Source: an uncultured delta proteobacterium (GTDB lineage: Bacteria > Myxococcota > Myxococcia > Myxococcales > Myxococcaceae). From it: DNA of 64,000 nucleotides. The notes beneath the pieces are model-generated. The model did no database searches. It worked only from the letters and a program-made list of their open reading frames with translations, and was not told where the DNA came from. Location of the stretch: the NCBI GenBank assembly GCA_963713045.1, contig CAVQKE010000001.1, forward strand, positions 480,001 to 544,000, in the 5' to 3' direction. Both the position numbers and the translations under genes were made by a program. Of the stretch, positions 58,846 through 64,000 are shown piece after piece; positions within the stretch are counted from its first letter, which is position 1; every line of letters begins with the position of its first letter.

Positions 58846-61103
58846 AGTGGCAGCGCTCGACACTGCTTGCCGCCGTCGTCGCGGTCGCTGTCCTCGGCGC
58901 TGCTGAGTTCTACCTGCACCGGCGCGGACCCGGCCCCGAGCTGCGCGACGTTGGTCCTCGGCAAGTGAGTAACCAGACGTCCCAGCCGCTCGCCCTGGTG
59001 GGTGACCACTTTTACCAGGGGATGACGTTGTCCTTGGGACCGCCTTTCTCAAGGACGCTTCCGGTGACCGTGCTGGACGAGCGCCACGCCTACGCCCGTC
59101 TGCCGGGGGACCTCCTCCTCCCCCCGGCGACGGTGGAAGTGGACGTGCACCTCGAGCTGTCGTCGCAGAGGCGCGGAGCCGCGCAGGTTTTGCTGCACCT
59201 CATCAATGACCGCGGTTTTCCGGACCTCACCTCCTTGGCAGCGACGCCGGATGGGACGCGGGTCTGGGCAGCCTCCTCCACCACCGACGAGTTGGTGGGC
59301 GTGGACCCGGCGGCTGGCTCGGTCGTCATCGTCCCCGGAGGGGACGGGCCATCGGCACTCGCCACCTGGGCTGCCGCGGGCCAGCAGTGGCTGGCCGTGG
59401 CACATGCCTTCCTTCCGGAGCTTTGGCTGTGCGACGGACGGACGGGTGCGCGCCTTCGGTCGCTGGCCGCCCCGGCGTACGCCACCGGCGTGGTGGTCGA
59501 CGCGGCCCGTGGGCTCGCGCTGGTCAGCGAGCACGCCACCGACAGCGTCGTCGCGCTGTCACTGGCAGATGGCACCGTCCGCTGGCGCGCTCAAGTTGCC
59601 CCCAACCCCAAGGCGCTTGCCCTGGCGGGCGACGTGCTGGTGGTGGGCAGCCAGCAGTCGGGAGAACTCCAGGCCGTGTCCCTTGGCACGGGCACCGTGG
59701 CCCCAGCCATTGCTCCAGGCCCAGGGACCCCCATTGTCGGCGGCCATACGGAGGCTTTTTCCCAATACATCATGGGAGGCAAAGCGCCTCGCGGCCTTGC
59801 GTGGTCGCCCAGACTGCAGCGCCTCTACGTGACGTCCATTGGACCGAACATCGGCCCCAACCCGCAGCGGATGGAAGTCTCGATGAATGGCGGCGTCGGG
59901 GTGGTGGACGTCGCCAAAGGCGTCTTTGAGCGGCACCTCGGCTTTGGCTGGGGCATCCCCCAGGGCCTCGCACTCGACGATGCACGCGGCGTGCTTTACG
60001 TCGCCGACATTGGCACCGGGCTGGTTCGTGGACTGGACGCCATCGCCCTCAGCCGAGACGACGCTTCGGCCCGAGCAGCTGCACTCTTTAGCGTTGCGGT
60101 GCCACCCCCGGTGGGCTTCCCCACCGCACGGCCGGCGGAGGACTACTCCATTCAAGGCCGAGCAGGAGTGGAACTGCATTCCGGACCACAGGCACTGGCG
60201 CTTTCGCCGGACGGCGCCACGTTGTGGGTGCTCGACCGCTTTACCGGGACACTGGCCGAGTTGGACGTCGCCGGCGCGCGTCAAGGCAAGGCCAGCCTGC
60301 GCCGGCAACTCACCCTGCTCGACGTGCGGGCGCAGGGCGAGCGACGGCTCGGCCAAGTCCTCTACTTCACGGACATGGGCCACTCGGCGATGTCCTGCGA
60401 TGCCTGTCACCTGGAGGGCCACGACGAAGGCGTCCTCTTCGAGAAGACGCGGCCGTTGCGCATCTACCGAAGCCCAACCGTCCGCGGCGCCCGCGAGACG
60501 CCGCCCTACTTCACGCCGGCCAGCACCTTTAGTCTGGAACAGACGGTCATCACCGTCGGGAACCGAAACCGTTACTTCAACCCGCGTCTCACCGCAGACG
60601 AGGTCCGGCGTCTGGCGCTGTTCACCCGCAGTTTATCCCTCCTCCCCAACCCCTTCGTCGGCCAGGACGGCGCGCCTCCCCGCGAGGTCGAGCTTCCGGA
60701 CGGGCGCCGCGGCGATGCGCGCACGGGACTCGCTCTCTTCGAGGGGAAGACGGGGTGCGCAGGTTGCCACCCTGCTCCCTATTTCACCCTTGACCAGACG
60801 GTCCGCACCCGCGGTCAATACCTCGACGTCCCGACGCCCCATCTGTTCCCGCTGCGTCCGGAGATGCAGGACGGCACGTACGTCGGAATGGCGGCGCCCG
60901 CACTGATTGGAGCTTGGGACGTTTTCCCGATGCTCAGCACCGGAGCCGCAGGGCTCCGCGCAGATGCAGTTGGAAAATTACATGTCAGCAACCGCTTCGT
61001 GCTGCGCGACGTCTTGGAAAACTACAAACACTCACCCGCGCCCAACGTCGAACTGACAGCAAGCGAGCGTGACGACCTCCTTGCCTACTTGATGACGCTG
61101 TAG
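58842..61103 (+). CDS. mtsA: MtsA-like protein: YncE-like beta-propeller plus diheme cytochrome c domain
   Basis: N-terminal TM; propeller repeats (GPSALA, NPKALAL, PRGLAWS, PQGLAL, PQALALSPDG); CDACH and CAGCH. The name comes from its position before the mtsC-like gene. Confidence 0.7.
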   Translation: MKWQRSTLLAAVVAVAVLGAAEFYLHRRGPGPELRDVGPRQVSNQTSQPLALVGDHFYQGMTLSLGPPFSRTLPVTVLDERHAYARLPGDLLLPPATVEVDVHLELSSQRRGAAQVLLHLINDRGFPDLTSLAATPDGTRVWAASSTTDELVGVDPAAGSVVIVPGGDGPSALATWAAAGQQWLAVAHAFLPELWLCDGRTGARLRSLAAPAYATGVVVDAARGLALVSEHATDSVVALSLADGTVRWRAQVAPNPKALALAGDVLVVGSQQSGELQAVSLGTGTVAPAIAPGPGTPIVGGHTEAFSQYIMGGKAPRGLAWSPRLQRLYVTSIGPNIGPNPQRMEVSMNGGVGVVDVAKGVFERHLGFGWGIPQGLALDDARGVLYVADIGTGLVRGLDAIALSRDDASARAAALFSVAVPPPVGFPTARPAEDYSIQGRAGVELHSGPQALALSPDGATLWVLDRFTGTLAELDVAGARQGKASLRRQLTLLDVRAQGERRLGQVLYFTDMGHSAMSCDACHLEGHDEGVLFEKTRPLRIYRSPTVRGARETPPYFTPASTFSLEQTVITVGNRNRYFNPRLTADEVRRLALFTRSLSLLPNPFVGQDGAPPREVELPDGRRGDARTGLALFEGKTGCAGCHPAPYFTLDQTVRTRGQYLDVPTPHLFPLRPEMQDGTYVGMAAPALIGAWDVFPMLSTGAAGLRADAVGKLHVSNRFVLRDVLENYKHSPAPNVELTASERDDLLAYLMTL

Positions 61104-61189
61104 ACTCGTGCGATGTCCGCGCGCCTTCGCGCCGCTGGCTTGAGCGAGTCGGTGAGGCGGACGGAGGAAGAGCAAAGGCCCTGAAAACG

Positions 61190-62794
61190 ATGCGACGCGG
61201 TTCTAGGTTTCTGCTTGCAACGCTCCTGGGAGGGGCCTTCGGCTGCACCGACGCAGGCGTCTATACGTTGCAAGGCGGTGGTGTTCCCGGACCGGACCGA
61301 ACGGCCTTCGAAGGCACGGTGTGCGTCCCGCTGGCGACCGGCTCGGCCTTTCCGGTGAAAGTCGTCTTCGCCATGGAAGGCGGAGCGACCACCGTCACCG
61401 GAGCCATCAGCTCCAACACCCTGACAGCCATCGCAACGGTGGCGGGGCTCCAACCGACGAGCACCAGCTTCGCCTTCATGGTCTACCACGTCACAGCGCA
61501 GGGCTTCACTGGCTTCACCGATGCGGTCACCCTGCAGGGGGCGTTGTCCCAATACGGAACCTTTCAGGAGAGCGGGCCGGTGAGCATCGCCTCGGCCCTC
61601 AACCTTGCCGACAGTCTGATTTCCGGAGACATGCAGACCAGCTGCCGCGGAACGGTCAACCGGACGCGCTACGTGGTCGTCCTGCTGGAAGCTTCGGTCG
61701 ATACCAGTTGCGAGTTCCCTGACATCTACGCCGGCATCTCAAACTCGCCCTGTTTTGCGCTGCCCAATCCCTCCCAATGCGCTGCCTGCTATCTCCAGGC
61801 GCAGACCAGCCAAATCACCGCGCTGCAGCAGCAGTACTCTGCTGGAAGCGTCACCGTGCAGCCGATTTACATCACCGATATTCCGTCCAACCAACCAGAT
61901 CCCAACATCGACCTGGTGAACATCATCAACCCGGCCATTGCTGCCGTCGGAGGCAGCCAACCGGAAGTGGCCACCAGCGCCACCATCGACACCGTGCTCT
62001 CACGGGTCAACCTCTCCTCGCTCCAGGGCCAGCTCGCCCTCAAGCGATTTTTCGCCTTCAACCGCAACGCGATGGCCCGGGGAGGAGAGCAGCTGATTGA
62101 TTCGGACGGAGATGGTCTGTCCGACGACTATGAACGTAGCATCGGAACCAACCCCCTCCTCTATGACACGGACGGCGATGGCCTCGGGGATGGGGTCGAA
62201 GTGAAGATGGGCCTTGATCCGCTCACTCCCAACCTGGTGACCGGATGCAACTCGAGCTTGGATACCGATCAGGACATGCTCAACGACTGCGAGGAGCGCG
62301 TCCTCGGCACCGATGCCTGCGTGGCCGACACCGATGGTGACGGCTTAAGCGACTTCATCGAATTCATGTCGCAGACCAATCCGCTCGTCCCGGAGGCACT
62401 CCAGGACGACGACCGTGACGGCACGACCAACGCCGATGAGGTGACGAAACACTCTGACCCGGAGAGCCAAGACCAGGCGTACCAAGCGGACCGCGGCTAC
62501 CAGTACACCGTTTCCGCCGCGGCGCCGACGCCCGATGGGCGCCCCTGTTACTCGATCCGCGTCGACAACATCTCCCTGGTCCGCACCCTGTCGCTTCCCA
62601 ACAAGCCGCTGACGCCGATTGCGGCCGGAAACAACGAAATCTATTTGTATTTGCAATCCGGCCGTCAAAATGATCCGAACGACGTTGGAATTGCCTCGGT
62701 GCTGACGCAGCAAGTGAACTTCAACCCGCCGAGCACCAAGACGCCCAAGGGTGTCATTTCCTTTCAAGACAGCGACTTTGTGGTGGGTCAATGA
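61190..62794 (+). CDS. MtsB-like lipoprotein: degenerate VWA-like domain plus DxDGDG Ca-binding repeats
   Basis: Lipobox AFGC; FPVKVVFAM; DSDGDGLSD, DTDGDGLGD, DTDGDGLSD, DDDRDG repeats. Confidence 0.75.
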   Translation: MRRGSRFLLATLLGGAFGCTDAGVYTLQGGGVPGPDRTAFEGTVCVPLATGSAFPVKVVFAMEGGATTVTGAISSNTLTAIATVAGLQPTSTSFAFMVYHVTAQGFTGFTDAVTLQGALSQYGTFQESGPVSIASALNLADSLISGDMQTSCRGTVNRTRYVVVLLEASVDTSCEFPDIYAGISNSPCFALPNPSQCAACYLQAQTSQITALQQQYSAGSVTVQPIYITDIPSNQPDPNIDLVNIINPAIAAVGGSQPEVATSATIDTVLSRVNLSSLQGQLALKRFFAFNRNAMARGGEQLIDSDGDGLSDDYERSIGTNPLLYDTDGDGLGDGVEVKMGLDPLTPNLVTGCNSSLDTDQDMLNDCEERVLGTDACVADTDGDGLSDFIEFMSQTNPLVPEALQDDDRDGTTNADEVTKHSDPESQDQAYQADRGYQYTVSAAAPTPDGRPCYSIRVDNISLVRTLSLPNKPLTPIAAGNNEIYLYLQSGRQNDPNDVGIASVLTQQVNFNPPSTKTPKGVISFQDSDFVVGQ

Positions 62795-62891
62795 AGGCCC
62801 CTGAGGGTGTGGGGTCTTCCCCCCACAAGGCCTCGGGTCTGAACCCCACACTCCCCGCTCGGAGGGCTCCACGGTCAATGAAAGCCCATGA
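62786..62891. repeat. 19-bp imperfect direct repeat GGTCAATGAA(G/A)GCCC(C/A)TGA enclosing TGTGGGG/CCCCACA repeats
   Basis: Copies at 62786-62804 and 62873-62891 (17/19 identical); TGTGGGG at 62808-62814; CCCCACA at 62821-62827 and 62844-62850. Confidence 0.85.
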
Positions 62892-62921
62892 ATTTCCTAG
62901 AGAACACCATACGCATGACGA

Positions 62922-62937
62922 CGGAACCATTCTTGCT
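62922..62937 (+). promoter_or_regulatory. Sigma54-type -24/-12 promoter upstream of mtsC
   Basis: cGGaaccattcttGCt: exact GG-N10-GC spacing with TTGCT; the predicted start site (~62948) precedes SD AAAGGAG and ATG 62963. Confidence 0.65.
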
Positions 62938-62962
62938 TCGCTGCTTGCCGAAAGGAGCAGCA

Positions 62963-64000
<1,038 letters not shown>

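Overview
A GC-rich (~70%) chromosomal segment, most likely from a myxobacterium (Myxococcota). Evidence: mtsA/B/C-like thrombospondin cohesion genes, an FHA-domain sigma54 activator and a long N-terminally extended HflX. Housekeeping blocks: glmU-glmS, ggt, acnA, a pafB/pafC-like WYL pair, hflX, gpsA and two-component genes. Accessory blocks: (i) 1-7.5 kb, one operon combining a caa3-type cytochrome c oxidase with a Rieske/cytochrome b-c complex; (ii) 35.4-42.1 kb, a divergent envelope locus (His-rich leader + TonB-dependent receptor, opposite HupE/UreJ-family + split DUF4331-like pair + TPR lipoprotein); (iii) 42.4-49.8 kb, a glycolate operon (permease-aceB-glcDEF); (iv) two tandem paralogous lipoproteins and a DES1-like sphingolipid desaturase. 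The best candidate for an undescribed system is block (ii). Two of its transcription units carry the same ECF-type promoter motif (CATCC-N16-CGTA). Several of its exported proteins have predicted N-terminal His metal sites, and the receptor is preceded by a possible metal-sensing leader peptide. I saw no rRNA, tRNA, CRISPR array or intact mobile element. All family calls are from motif recognition by eye; no database search was run.
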